Shown here one piece after another: positions 1 to 9,637 of a stretch of 32,622 bases of DNA (within the stretch, counting starts at the first letter, position 1; each line of letters begins with the position of its first letter). Location: IMG/VR virus record IMGVR_UViG_3300027653_000038, positions 1 to 32,622 of that record, one strand, 5' to 3'. The stretch comes from a virus (taxonomy: Duplodnaviria > Caudoviricetes). The notes below the pieces were generated by a model. It was given only the letters and a program-made list of their open reading frames with translations, was not told where the DNA came from and made no database searches. The position numbers and the translations under genes were made by a program.

Positions 1-1
1 T

Positions 2-643
2 TTCGTTTAATAGCTCAAAATAGTTATTAGATCCGTTAACACTAGAGATCATTAGATCCATATCTTGCATAAACGGGTGAACTGTAACGTCACCCGCGTT
101 GTAAATCTTAAACGCCTCACCTCTACCCACAGTGTGCTTATATTTAAACGTGTCTTCTTCCGACTGTAACCCCATACCAAAAGACCATAATTCAGAACTA
201 GCATCCAAGTCGTTATTTTGAATATCTCTTGTTGTTCCAATTGATTCGGCAAATGGAGACCCTACAATTGTGCAAGCTACACTAGCTTCAGCAACACGCT
301 GATTGTTCGGCATTCTTTCAGGGATAAACGACTCATCAACGGATACTTTATAACGTTTGCTACTCTCATATGTTTCGCTGATATAAAAGGTATCTTTTTT
401 TTGAAACATTGAGTACACGGCATTTCTCAATAATCGATAATCTTGCGTATCTTTAGACTGTAAAAGCAAATCTAGTTCTACACTTCTTTCATTAAATGTT
501 GAACCAAAATCAATCTTACCGTCCATGCCCTCTAATCGTTCGGTGACTCTTTCTTTGTCGATAGAAGATATAAAAATATCCAGTGGCTGAGCGCCATCTG
601 GAAAAGGTATAAGATTCATTTTATTGTCGTACATAATAAACAA
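2..643 (-). CDS. Distal tail protein (Dit / siphovirus tail component), truncated by the window edge
   Basis: Not in the ORF track. Manual translation from TTG at 643 (SD GGGGGTGA): MFIMYDNKMNLIPFPDGAQPLDIFISS...PFAESIGTT...IYNAGDVTVHPF..., open to the edge. Lies directly after the tape measure gene. Confidence 0.85.
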   Translation of the reverse strand, partial: MFIMYDNKMNLIPFPDGAQPLDIFISSIDKERVTERLEGMDGKIDFGSTFNERSVELDLLLQSKDTQDYRLLRNAVYSMFQKKDTFYISETYESSKRYKVSVDESFIPERMPNNQRVAEASVACTIVGSPFAESIGTTRDIQNNDLDASSELWSFGMGLQSEEDTFKYKHTVGRGEAFKIYNAGDVTVHPFMQDMDLMISSVNGSNNYFELLNE

Positions 644-658
644 TGGATCACCCCCCCC

Positions 659-3600
659 TTAAAAATAGTCCATTCCTAGAGAATCAATGGAATTTTGGTC
701 ATTTACAGAGTCTGTAATATCTTTCTTACTTACTTTTATGCTAGGATTTTTAGCGAGTATCTGCATCAATATCTGGTTTTGCTCTAGGGTGGCTTGAAGT
801 AAGTTTTTTAAAGTTTTGTCCTCTTTGCTCTCATTTTTATTTCTTCTATCTTGATCAGTCGTTCTTACTTTTCTTTGAAGGTTCTTGCCAGCTAATGCTA
901 ATAATTTCATGAACTCACTGTTCCTCAAATTATCAAAATTGAAGTCGCCTATACCGTTAGCATAGTGTGGAGTGTTTTTTAATATCCTTTCTGTTTCTCG
1001 GTGCGGCATTACATGCGTACCCTTAGGTAAGTTGAGCATTGTGTCCGTATCAGGCGATAAAAAGGATGCTCCACTTGGAGTTTGGATTAATTCACGACCA
1101 CCACCGTCACCGACCACCGCCATTCCTCCAGGGTGTCCACTAGATGGTGTTCCTTTAGCGTAAGCTTTTACCGATCGAGAGGAACCACCAAATGATCTAA
1201 TCATTTTTTGACTTACGTTTATTCTCTTGGATATTGGTGCTGATAGCGCCTTGTTAATATTCGCTACTGTGGGATTAAGATTTGTTTTGACACTTTTATT
1301 TACGTCTTTAGATAATTCATCAGTCATTGTTTTAGCGCTCTTAGCACCAGTATCTATCTTACTGTTGTTTGTGCTTTGTTGACTGCTAGCACCCTTTAAA
1401 CCTCTGATTTGATCGGATATAAAGGTGGACTGGTCTTTCAGTATACTTGCGCCCGTTTTAGATTTTGTGTTCTTCTTATCGATATTGTTAGATGATAGAT
1501 TAATGCTGCCCTTCACATCATCCCAAATACCAAGTTCCTCTAATATCTGTTTTTTGACATCATCATTTGATCTGATTTTATCGCCAATCGCATCAATCTG
1601 CTTGTCTATTTCTTTTTTGTTTGCACCGTTCTTCTTTTTCTTTTCTTCGAGTGACCCTATTTCTTCAAGATGTTTTTTGTTTTTACTGTCCAACTGCTTT
1701 ATGATATTGCCTTCTTCAACTTTTATATCTGCAGTTTTAGCTAAGTTTTCTATCTTTTTTTGACCTTCGGAATCAAGATTATCTAGTTTGTGTTCCGCTA
1801 AAGAATTAACATCTTTATAAAGACCAAGTTCTTCAAATATTAAATCCCTTGCTTCTTTCTGTTTTCCGTTTGTTTCCGTTAATGTATCATATCTTTCTTG
1901 CTCTTCTTGGGTAAGTTTTCCGTTAGTTTCTAGCTTATTATTCAGTTTTTCTAACTCTTCATCGCTTTTAGTTATAGACTTATCTAGTTTTTCAAGTCCT
2001 TTTTCGCCTTCTTCATTTATACCAACGTTGGCCAGGTAAACATTAGCCATTTGCTCATTGACCAGGTCTAATTTTTCTAACTTTTCTTCTTCACCTTCAA
2101 TACTTTTTTCTATTACTTCTCTTTCTTCCTTAAGATCCTCTAATATCTCAGCCGTCTTACCTCGTTTTATCATTAGCAAGTCATTACGTTCTGCATCCAA
2201 GGCATAAGCTTCTTCTTCTGATAAATTACCATCGGACAATTTGTCATTTATTTCAGATACTCTGTCACTAATTTCGGACTTTGACATTTCCGCATTTTCA
2301 AGAATGGCATTTGTACGTTTTTCAGTTTGTTCTAACTCCTTGGATTTTTCGCTGATCTTACCGCGTATTTCATCCTCTTGCTCTAATAGGATCCGTCTTT
2401 CTTCTTTTAATTCCATTTCTGATAGTTTTCTTAATGCATCGATCTGCTTTTGGACCGCATCAGTACTTTCAGCAAAGGCATTCCCTTGATCAGAAACGGA
2501 CTTTTTAACATCTTTTGATTGTTCTATGATATTACCGTTGGCCTTAAATAAGTTCTTTAACTCATCTTTTGAAAGACCGGATTTTTCAGCAAGTGCATCA
2601 TATTGCTTTTGCAACTCTTTTATTTCACCGGGGTTGCTAGATTCAGATATCCTAATGTTTAAATCGTTCAATTCAGCTAATTGCTCATTACTTATTTTTG
2701 CTTTATCAGACAACTTATCAAACGTATCAGCGCTTTTCTCAAGTTCCCCGGCTTGTTTGCTAAATGATTCAGCTGAATCTAAATTAACTTCTTTAGATTC
2801 TTTAGCCCTTTTAATGTATTTGTATGTCGCATAACCAAGCGCTCCAACCCCTGCAATTGCTAGTCCAGCAACACCAGCTTTACCAAGACCGCCCAATGCG
2901 CCTAGTAATCCAGCACCCTTAGACAAACCAATTGCCTTAGCTAGTTTACCGGTACCCTGCATTAAGCCCCCTATGCCTGTTGTGAACTTACCAACAAATT
3001 CTAATGCTGGTCCACCAGCTACTGCTACAAGTCCTAGTCGCTTAAGCATAGTCTTTTGTCCATCGTCAAGGTTCTGATACCACTCAACGACACCCATAAT
3101 ACTATCTTTCATTTTGGTAAACGCTTCTCTTGCTACTTCTCCCATTTCTGCCGCTCGTTGCTGTATCTCAGGTGATTTAAGTACCTCTATAAAGTCAGCC
3201 AGCGACTTTTTAGAGTCCTCGAATACACCTTGCAGGAATGACTCTCCTATAATTCCCACATAAGCTTTAGTATTATCAATCATACCGTCCCAAGTCTTAG
3301 AGTATTCTTCAGCCATACCACCTGCGAAATCTTCCATTACATCCTTGAAATCACTTGAGCTTACCTTTCCTTCCGTTACCATTTCACGGAGACTTTCAGT
3401 TGATACGCCTAAGTGTTTAGCCATTGCTTGGGAAAATCCTGGCATACCTTGTTCGATCATATTTAATTCCTGTGTCATTAATTTACCTGAACCCTCGACA
3501 CGGTTAAATATCTGAGCCATCTCTTCGACGGGTCTGTTAGCGCCGATAGCTGCATCACCGACTAGCTTTATATACCGTTGTAATTCTTTACCCTCTTTAA

Positions 3601-4336
3601 CACCGGCCGCCATAGCTCCTGCTGCAACTGCTGTACCTTCAGCCATGGTTGTCATGCCGCCGTCGATTGCTTTGGTCACATCTCCGGATATACGTCCTAC
3701 GTCCTCTGTACTGTAGCCCAATCCTTTTAGCTGCGCTTGTGCGCTGTCTAGCCCTGTGAGCCTACCCCAACCAAACGCCGCAACGATTCCGCCAACGGCT
3801 GCAGTAACACCGACCGCGGGAACCGTTATCCCTCTAGTCATTTTACTTCCTACATCGCTCATGTTAGTTCCAGCAGTCTTTAGTTTTCCGCCCCAATTGT
3901 CCATACCATCGGCAACTTTATACCAACCCTGAGACTGGATGTCCTGGACCCTTTGGAACTCTTTGAATTCATTTGTCATACTATCTAATTCTCTACCTGT
4001 TTCCTGATAACGAGCTATTTGAGTATTTAAGTCTTGTGCTGCTGCTTGAGCTTTAACAGAGTTTTCTCCATATGTGGCTGACATATCGTCATACTTAACC
4101 TTTGCTTCATCCACCATTGCAGCCTGTATTTTGTGCCTATCAGATAGACCTTTTATGACAGTGCTATATTTATCTGCTGACTTCTCACTACGATCAAAAG
4201 CGGATAGTTGAGCACCCATGGCCTTATTAGATGACTTGAGTTGTCGTTGTAGTCCGGTCATAGACTTCTCAACACCTACTGAATCTAAGTCTACCTTTAT
4301 GATCATGTTACCAACTGGGGTACCTCCAATTGCCAT
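659..4336 (-). CDS. Tape measure protein
   Basis: 1225 aa, helical/coiled-coil and Ala/Gly-rich. Has a tape-measure core (ELNMIEQGMPGFSQAMAKHLGVS...GKVSS) and a C-terminal YAKGT..HPGG motif. Follows the tail chaperone genes. Confidence 0.95.
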   Translation of the reverse strand: MAIGGTPVGNMIIKVDLDSVGVEKSMTGLQRQLKSSNKAMGAQLSAFDRSEKSADKYSTVIKGLSDRHKIQAAMVDEAKVKYDDMSATYGENSVKAQAAAQDLNTQIARYQETGRELDSMTNEFKEFQRVQDIQSQGWYKVADGMDNWGGKLKTAGTNMSDVGSKMTRGITVPAVGVTAAVGGIVAAFGWGRLTGLDSAQAQLKGLGYSTEDVGRISGDVTKAIDGGMTTMAEGTAVAAGAMAAGVKEGKELQRYIKLVGDAAIGANRPVEEMAQIFNRVEGSGKLMTQELNMIEQGMPGFSQAMAKHLGVSTESLREMVTEGKVSSSDFKDVMEDFAGGMAEEYSKTWDGMIDNTKAYVGIIGESFLQGVFEDSKKSLADFIEVLKSPEIQQRAAEMGEVAREAFTKMKDSIMGVVEWYQNLDDGQKTMLKRLGLVAVAGGPALEFVGKFTTGIGGLMQGTGKLAKAIGLSKGAGLLGALGGLGKAGVAGLAIAGVGALGYATYKYIKRAKESKEVNLDSAESFSKQAGELEKSADTFDKLSDKAKISNEQLAELNDLNIRISESSNPGEIKELQKQYDALAEKSGLSKDELKNLFKANGNIIEQSKDVKKSVSDQGNAFAESTDAVQKQIDALRKLSEMELKEERRILLEQEDEIRGKISEKSKELEQTEKRTNAILENAEMSKSEISDRVSEINDKLSDGNLSEEEAYALDAERNDLLMIKRGKTAEILEDLKEEREVIEKSIEGEEEKLEKLDLVNEQMANVYLANVGINEEGEKGLEKLDKSITKSDEELEKLNNKLETNGKLTQEEQERYDTLTETNGKQKEARDLIFEELGLYKDVNSLAEHKLDNLDSEGQKKIENLAKTADIKVEEGNIIKQLDSKNKKHLEEIGSLEEKKKKNGANKKEIDKQIDAIGDKIRSNDDVKKQILEELGIWDDVKGSINLSSNNIDKKNTKSKTGASILKDQSTFISDQIRGLKGASSQQSTNNSKIDTGAKSAKTMTDELSKDVNKSVKTNLNPTVANINKALSAPISKRINVSQKMIRSFGGSSRSVKAYAKGTPSSGHPGGMAVVGDGGGRELIQTPSGASFLSPDTDTMLNLPKGTHVMPHRETERILKNTPHYANGIGDFNFDNLRNSEFMKLLALAGKNLQRKVRTTDQDRRNKNESKEDKTLKNLLQATLEQNQILMQILAKNPSIKVSKKDITDSVNDQNSIDSLGMDYF

Positions 4337-4356
4337 CGTTTTACCTCCTTTCTTTT

Positions 4357-4919
4357 TTATTTACCGAATGCAGAAAAGAGAGAGTCTGTTTTGATTACCT
4401 CTTTCTTTTTATTGTGATTCAAGTTAGATAATCTCAATAATTCCAGTACATCCATTTCATAAACATCGTTTAGTGTATATCCACGCTTTAGTAATGTGGC
4501 AAAGAGTCCATCTATCCATTCTTGCTGTTTTGTAAAACTAAAATCATCATCTGATAGATCCTCTTCGCCCTCTACTCTTTTTTTGACGGATCACCTTGTA
4601 GAACACCAAATAGGATCGTGATATACGTATTAATAATTTTCTCTTGATGAATACCTTCTGTTAATTCTTTGGTAGTAAATTGCTTACCGTAATAATCAAC
4701 AATAAATGTCGTTAACCGATCGAATAAATCTGAAGGGACAACAAATTCGTTTTTCTCTAATTCAGCGCCTAGATCGATCGCCTTTTTAGTGAAAATACCT
4801 TTAACGAAAATTGGATATAGGTATTCTTCTGAATCAAGTTCTTGTTTCCCATCAACCTCTTTAATTCCCGTAACCAAATTTAATGTTTTAGTATTTTCAT
4901 CATAATATTTAAATGTCAT
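4357..4919 (-). CDS. Tail assembly chaperone gpGT-like -1 frameshift product
   Basis: Slippery A AAA AAA at 4578-4584. The -1 frame continues RVEGEEDLSDDDFSFTKQQEWIDGLFATLLKRGYTLNDVYEMDVLELLRL...SAFGK* to 4357, just before the tape measure SD. Confidence 0.85.
4572..4919 (-). CDS. Tail assembly chaperone (gpG-like)
   Basis: 115 aa, between the major tail and tape measure genes. Ends TCA AAA AAA GAG TAG. Confidence 0.85.
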   Translation of the reverse strand: MTFKYYDENTKTLNLVTGIKEVDGKQELDSEEYLYPIFVKGIFTKKAIDLGAELEKNEFVVPSDLFDRLTTFIVDYYGKQFTTKELTEGIHQEKIINTYITILFGVLQGDPSKKE

Positions 4920-4942
4920 TGTTTTTCCTCCAATTTAAATGC

Positions 4943-4973
4943 AAAAATAAAAGAGCGAGGAATACCCCCGCTC
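4943..4973 (-). terminator. Intrinsic terminator-like hairpin after the collagen-repeat gene
   Basis: Minus strand GAGCGGGG-gtatt-like loop-CCTCGCTC followed by TTTTATTTTT. Confidence 0.7.
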
Positions 4974-4981
4974 CAAATTAA

Positions 4982-5482
4982 TTATTCTGTTGGTGCATCT
5001 TCCCCTGGATCGCCTTTATCACCCTTTGGTCCTGCTGGTCCAGTTTCACCCTTCGGTCCTTGTGGTCCAGTTTCACCTTTAGCGCCGTCCTTGCCATCTT
5101 TTCCGGCTGGACCTGGATCACCTTTAGGACCCTTTTCTCCTGAACCTCCGCTAGACACACGTACAATTTCAACTTTTTCTCCAGGCTTGGCGGATTTAAC
5201 AGCATAACCAAAACTATCATCTGACTCTACTACTGTCCCACCTTCCCCGACTCCTACATCGGCACCCGCTGTTATGTCTTCACCAGCTTCGACATCCCAA
5301 GATATAGCGTCTTTAATAGTGACTGTTACCTCTTGGCCTTCTTTCAATTTACCTGTTGACCTAAACTCGGGTGTGTCTCCTGAGCGAGCAACCGAGAGAC
5401 CAAACAGCCCCCTACTCCTTGACTTGATCATTAATCGATTAGCTTCAATATCTTCTGAAACTACTGCTTTAAATTTCGCCAT
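4982..5482 (-). CDS. Virion decoration/fiber-like protein: DUF2190/head-fiber-base-like N-terminus plus collagen (Gly-X-Y) repeats
   Basis: N-terminal VEAGEDITAGADVGVGEGG...GYAVKSAKPGEKV pattern and 16 consecutive G-X-Y triplets at the C-terminus. TAATG overlap with the major tail stop. Confidence 0.7.
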   Translation of the reverse strand: MAKFKAVVSEDIEANRLMIKSRSRGLFGLSVARSGDTPEFRSTGKLKEGQEVTVTIKDAISWDVEAGEDITAGADVGVGEGGTVVESDDSFGYAVKSAKPGEKVEIVRVSSGGSGEKGPKGDPGPAGKDGKDGAKGETGPQGPKGETGPAGPKGDKGDPGEDAPTE

Positions 5483-6102
5483 TATCCTTCGACACCTCCA
5501 TCGTCGCCATCAGCTGATGGCTTGAAAACCTTGTCCATTAACGATTTACGTTTATCTTCATCTTCTTTACCTACATGCACAAAAACTTGAGAAACATCAT
5601 CAAAAGTACGTCCTGTAAATTCGCCGCTGAGAGTATCGCTACCGAACTCAAGTGTATCTTCTTTCGTTTGTGCTTCGAGTGCCGGAAGCGTGAACATGCC
5701 TTTAGCCAAACCTACAAGTTCAGCAGTCCCATCACCTTTCGTTTTTTCCAACACAATAGCCACATTAGGTGGATTAACTTGCGACTTTTGAATAATCAAG
5801 CCATCATCATCTTCCTCTAACCCTAGCAATACCACACGGTCTTGTAACGGAACTGTATGGAATTGAAGCTCAACTGTAGAAACTCCAGTTGATACCGCCA
5901 TTTCTGCCACTTTATTATCTCCATAAGCCTTAGCGATCTCTTGTTCAGTCTCAATGGCAACATTCTGGACATATAGCAATCTCACCATATCCTCGTATGT
6001 CGCACCTTCCTCTGTGTCGTCTTTTAAAACTGCATAGTACAGCTTGTCAATACCTACAACTGCACTTCTATTTCTCTTCTCTTCTTCTGCCATTTTTTTC
6101 AT
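5482..6102 (-). CDS. Major tail (tube) protein, phi13-like family
   Basis: VGIDKLYYA...AYGDN...GKFT-like motifs and position. The start may be ATG 6093. Confidence 0.9.
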   Translation of the reverse strand: MKKMAEEEKRNRSAVVGIDKLYYAVLKDDTEEGATYEDMVRLLYVQNVAIETEQEIAKAYGDNKVAEMAVSTGVSTVELQFHTVPLQDRVVLLGLEEDDDGLIIQKSQVNPPNVAIVLEKTKGDGTAELVGLAKGMFTLPALEAQTKEDTLEFGSDTLSGEFTGRTFDDVSQVFVHVGKEDEDKRKSLMDKVFKPSADGDDGGVEG

Positions 6103-6124
6103 TCCCCTTTATAATTTATTGCAT

Positions 6125-6151
6125 AAAAAAAAGACCTACATCAGTAAGTCT
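6125..6151 (-). terminator. Terminator-like hairpin before the major tail gene
   Basis: AGACTTAC-tgat-GTAGGTCT followed by a T run. Confidence 0.55.
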
Positions 6152-6560
6152 CTAAATCTGCTATTATTTTTCCGCGATATCGTCTACCGTCACGAATGAG
6201 ATAGGTATCTTCATCAAATTCATAAATTGGTGTTGATTGTTGAAAGTTAATTGTTTTCATCAACTCATTTATTTTCATTGCTATCATTCTAGAATCAGAT
6301 ACGTCCCACACGTCAATCTGCAGGATACAGTCCCACGCTAATTGCTCATTATCTGCGTATTCGGTTGGTAATTCTGATATAGGACTGATACGCACTATAG
6401 GTGGTAACTCTCTAAACTCTTCCGGAACATGATACTTAAATATTTGATTTTTATTGCCTACTAGATTCATTAGCTTTTTATCATTGACTAGCAGCTGATA
6501 AGTTATGTCCAAAGAATCTATTTCATATAAATCTAATCCTTTAATTAATTCGTTCATCAA
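6141..6560 (-). CDS. Tail completion/terminator protein (DUF3168-like)
   Basis: Position and YADNE...LQIDVW motif. Confidence 0.8.
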   Translation of the reverse strand: MMNELIKGLDLYEIDSLDITYQLLVNDKKLMNLVGNKNQIFKYHVPEEFRELPPIVRISPISELPTEYADNEQLAWDCILQIDVWDVSDSRMIAMKINELMKTINFQQSTPIYEFDEDTYLIRDGRRYRGKIIADLETY

Positions 6561-6949
6561 AACACCTGCTTAATAGCTTTAGCCATTTCTTTTACAACTT
6601 CGCCCTCTGTTTGTTGGACGGTTTTGATCATGTATCCTTGTGGTCCTTGAGATATAGATCCGAATTCTGGAATGTGCGCCCTAAAGTTTGCGGACCGATT
6701 GAAACCAACAGCAACAAAACTTTCATAAGTTGCGTTATCAGTTCTATTACCACTCATGACAACCGCATCTGCTAGCCTTGCTTGTGGATTTGGTCCACTG
6801 TATCCACTTCTAGGAACATTCCTTTTCAACTTTTCTAAAACAACTTTACCACCTGCTATATTACCTGCTCTTGCTGCTCTTTTGATATCTTCCTCTTTTT
6901 TTGAAAGATTAGATAACAATTCTCGTAGACCTATAATTTCTACACTCAT
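6557..6949 (-). CDS. HK97 gp10-like neck/tail protein
   Basis: MSVEIIGLRELL...AHIPEFGS...QGPQGYM pattern and synteny. Confidence 0.85.
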   Translation of the reverse strand: MSVEIIGLRELLSNLSKKEEDIKRAARAGNIAGGKVVLEKLKRNVPRSGYSGPNPQARLADAVVMSGNRTDNATYESFVAVGFNRSANFRAHIPEFGSISQGPQGYMIKTVQQTEGEVVKEMAKAIKQVF

Positions 6950-7290
6950 GACCTACTCACTTCCTCGGCAATAAGGATAGTGAATCCACTTTGTCGATAA
7001 TCATAAAGCACTTGCTTAATGTTATAATCGTGCCCATTATGATTTACCGTCATTTTATTGGTAATATCAGGATAATTACGAATGAACGCTTTTATTTCAT
7101 TCTGTGTACCCATCTGTACGCTGTTTTGATAGTCTTTTAATCCTACCGACTCAACATGAGCGAAACATTCTAAAAACAGCTCTGACTTAGGTTTTTGAGG
7201 AACTCCATTTTCAACAACCGTTTTAACCTCATAAATACCAATAGGTTGATTCAGTTTTGAAAAGTTAAATCTCATGTTATTTAGTTTCAT
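6946..7290 (-). CDS. Head closure / head-tail adaptor protein
   Basis: Position, size and IRNYPDITNKMTVNHNGHDYNI pattern. Confidence 0.85.
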   Translation of the reverse strand: MKLNNMRFNFSKLNQPIGIYEVKTVVENGVPQKPKSELFLECFAHVESVGLKDYQNSVQMGTQNEIKAFIRNYPDITNKMTVNHNGHDYNIKQVLYDYRQSGFTILIAEEVSRS

Positions 7291-7601
7291 AGATATCTAT
7301 CCTTGTGCGCCCTTAAAGTATGGATCGCATTGGTGACTGAAAATGGTGCTTCACGTTGACTAACCTCACTAATCATTAATCGATTTTCATAATAATAAGT
7401 GGTTAGCATAATAATCGCCCTTTGAAATGCGGGATCCAGTTCTAAGTCCTTCATCTTAAGATCATCATCATAACTATCAAAAACAGCTTCTACAATGTCG
7501 TTTTTTGCAAAGTGAAGATAATCATCTATTTCCGCATCCTCTAATTGATGTGGGATCCTTAGGTGGCCTTTGATTTTTTCCAAATCCACTGGAAATCTCA
7601 T
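7287..7601 (-). CDS. Head-tail connector (HK97 gp6-like)
   Basis: LEKIKGHLRI...AIIMLTTYYYENR motif. Confidence 0.9.
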   Translation of the reverse strand: MRFPVDLEKIKGHLRIPHQLEDAEIDDYLHFAKNDIVEAVFDSYDDDLKMKDLELDPAFQRAIIMLTTYYYENRLMISEVSQREAPFSVTNAIHTLRAHKDRYL

Positions 7602-7617
7602 TTTTAACCTCCTTCAT

Positions 7618-7647
7618 AAAAAAAGAAGTGACTATTAATCACTTCTT
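7618..7647 (-). terminator. Intrinsic terminator after the major capsid gene
   Basis: AAGAAGTGAT-taat-AGTCACTTCTT-type stem followed by a T run. Confidence 0.75.
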
Positions 7648-8851
7648 ATCCTTCAACTCCATTTCCCCCGCCAAAATCAATAACAATAGCTGACTTCTCA
7701 TCAAGAATACGAACGTCTTGACGAATTGCGACCATTAAAGCTTCACCATAGTGCATGTAATCAGTCCATGATGCCTGATATTGACTACGATCGAATAAGA
7801 CGATTGCATCCTTTAAGTTACCGATGATAATCGTCTTTTGTGATGCTTCACCCAACATTTCATCAGGTAGTGGAATGACTAAAGCACCAAGCAAACGTTT
7901 TTGGGTACTATCTTTTACATCTGGTTGCAATAGGTAATTTCCGTTATCGTCTTTTAACTTGTCAAGTTCAGCAAATGCCGTTTGTGAAACAATAGCAACG
8001 TTATGCTCATAGTTAGGTTTTAATTTAAGGTTAATGGCATCTTTAATACCATCAAGGTCTGCAGCTTCAATCGTTTCTAATTTTAATGTTTTTCCTTCTT
8101 CTCCTGGAGTACCTTCTTTGATCGCCTTAATGATTGCCACATTACGAGTAGCTGCAATGGTACGTGCCATCCACGTCATTAATTCAGCAAGTACGTTAAC
8201 CGCTGCATCATCGATCGCTTCACGAGAGACTAAGAAATATCCTCTATAAGTCTTAATATCGTAAGCAAGGTTATAGAATGGCTTAACTGCTAGCTCTGGG
8301 TTTTTAGCAAGTTCTGCAACCTCTGGGAGTGCAGCAACTTCCGATTGACGGACAACTGGGAACTTACCGCTACCGTTAGAAACTGGCTTTACAGTTACGT
8401 ATTGATCAAGATTAAATTCCGATTCTTTTAATTTCATAATTTCTGTTACAACTTGTTCTGGGATAACTACAAAGCCAGAATCTGTCTTTAAAGATCCACC
8501 ATCGATTTCACGTGTTTCAAGATAGTTACTAAATGCATCACGCTGTTCATTTGTTGGCTCGATTACAGTTTGTCCAGGGATATGAGCTTGTCCTGCATGA
8601 CTGCGTTGTTCTTCCGGATTATCTGATTTGCTGTCCTCTTCGCCTGGTTCTTCTCCGCCCTTATCTTCAATGATTGCATTGATTTGGTCGTCTAGAGCAG
8701 TAATCTCACCTTTAATTTTATCAATCTGTTCTTTTAATTTTTTTGCACCTTCAAGGTCTCGCTTTTCAATTGCCTGGTTTGCTTCATCTACTTTTGTCTG
8801 CAACTCCTGGCGCATCTCTTCTCGTTTTAATCTCAATTCAAATAAATTCAT
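7646..8851 (-). CDS. Major capsid protein, HK97 fold, with N-terminal coiled-coil delta domain
   Basis: GFVVIPEQ, LDKLKDDNGNYLLQPD and IIIGNLK motifs. ATG 8851 has an AAGGGAG SD. Confidence 0.95.
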   Translation of the reverse strand: MNLFELRLKREEMRQELQTKVDEANQAIEKRDLEGAKKLKEQIDKIKGEITALDDQINAIIEDKGGEEPGEEDSKSDNPEEQRSHAGQAHIPGQTVIEPTNEQRDAFSNYLETREIDGGSLKTDSGFVVIPEQVVTEIMKLKESEFNLDQYVTVKPVSNGSGKFPVVRQSEVAALPEVAELAKNPELAVKPFYNLAYDIKTYRGYFLVSREAIDDAAVNVLAELMTWMARTIAATRNVAIIKAIKEGTPGEEGKTLKLETIEAADLDGIKDAINLKLKPNYEHNVAIVSQTAFAELDKLKDDNGNYLLQPDVKDSTQKRLLGALVIPLPDEMLGEASQKTIIIGNLKDAIVLFDRSQYQASWTDYMHYGEALMVAIRQDVRILDEKSAIVIDFGGGNGVEG

Positions 8852-8894
8852 TTTTTCAATCTCCCTTTTTGTGTAATAAAAAAACAACTCACGA

Positions 8895-9479
8895 TTATTC
8901 GTAAATTGCTTGATTGATTTCTAATTCTGTTTTTAATAACTCGATTTCATTTTCATTTTCTTCTTTTGCCTGTTCCACACTTCTTACACTAACCGCCGTA
9001 TCCTCATAAGCTGGGAATGCGACAATTGATATTTCTGATAGTCGTTCAATGTTTTTAACTGTGCGCTTATAAATGTTGTCTTCTTTATCAAATCTAACCT
9101 CATCACCATTGGGAGCAATACGGAAACCGTAAGAACACTTATCAATGTTCCCTACTTTTAAATTCTCGTACAAGTCCCTGGCATATGTTGTATTAGATAA
9201 TGTGCATTCAAATCGTAAACCTACACTATCCACGACGAGTGAGAGTGACTCATTTTTTGTTCTTCCTAATACTTTCTGTGGATCATGATTAAACAATGCT
9301 CGTACATCATTAAGTGGCGTGTCCTTCAAAGCTTCACGGCTAACCGTTTCCTTGAAGCCGCCTAAATCATGGCTCCAAGTATCAAACTTTAAAGCATACC
9401 CCTTGATAGTCATGTTTTTCTTATCGTCTGATCTAACTTCAACAGATTGGGAAACGGTTCGAATTTCCTTTTCGTTCAT
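8895..9479 (-). CDS. Prohead protease (HK97 family)
   Basis: GYALKF, ALFNHD...LGRT, SYGF and EISIVAFPAY motifs. Confidence 0.95.
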   Translation of the reverse strand: MNEKEIRTVSQSVEVRSDDKKNMTIKGYALKFDTWSHDLGGFKETVSREALKDTPLNDVRALFNHDPQKVLGRTKNESLSLVVDSVGLRFECTLSNTTYARDLYENLKVGNIDKCSYGFRIAPNGDEVRFDKEDNIYKRTVKNIERLSEISIVAFPAYEDTAVSVRSVEQAKEENENEIELLKTELEINQAIYE

Positions 9480-9637
9480 TCATTATCACCACCTTTCAAT
9501 GGGTAAGTGACTGTAATTGTTAATGCACTAGAACCATCATCATATTTGGTGCTGTCGACATCTATCGTTTCTATATCGTCGGTATCTACATCGCTCAATA
9601 ATATTACAGCTGACTCTTTTAGCTTTTCGTTATTCAT
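9476..9637 (-). CDS. Small acidic hypothetical protein (53 aa) between portal and protease
   Basis: Not in the track. MNNEKLKESAVILLSDVDTDDIETIDVDSTKYDDGSSALTITVTYPLKGGDNE*. Overlaps both neighbours and fills the gap exactly. Confidence 0.7.
   Translation of the reverse strand: MNNEKLKESAVILLSDVDTDDIETIDVDSTKYDDGSSALTITVTYPLKGGDNE

Noticed and set aside
52-252. 66-aa minus-strand ORF in the track
   Set aside because: Out-of-frame shadow inside the distal tail gene (2-643).
4978-5220. Alternative-frame ORF over the collagen gene
   Set aside because: A by-product of the G-X-Y codon pattern, with no SD.
5470-5530. Frameshift fusion of the major tail protein with the collagen protein (SPP1 gp17.1*-like)
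   Set aside because: Would need a -1 shift, but no slippery heptamer or CCC-TAA is present, the -1 frame has a TGA 10 codons upstream, and the downstream gene has its own GGAGGT SD.
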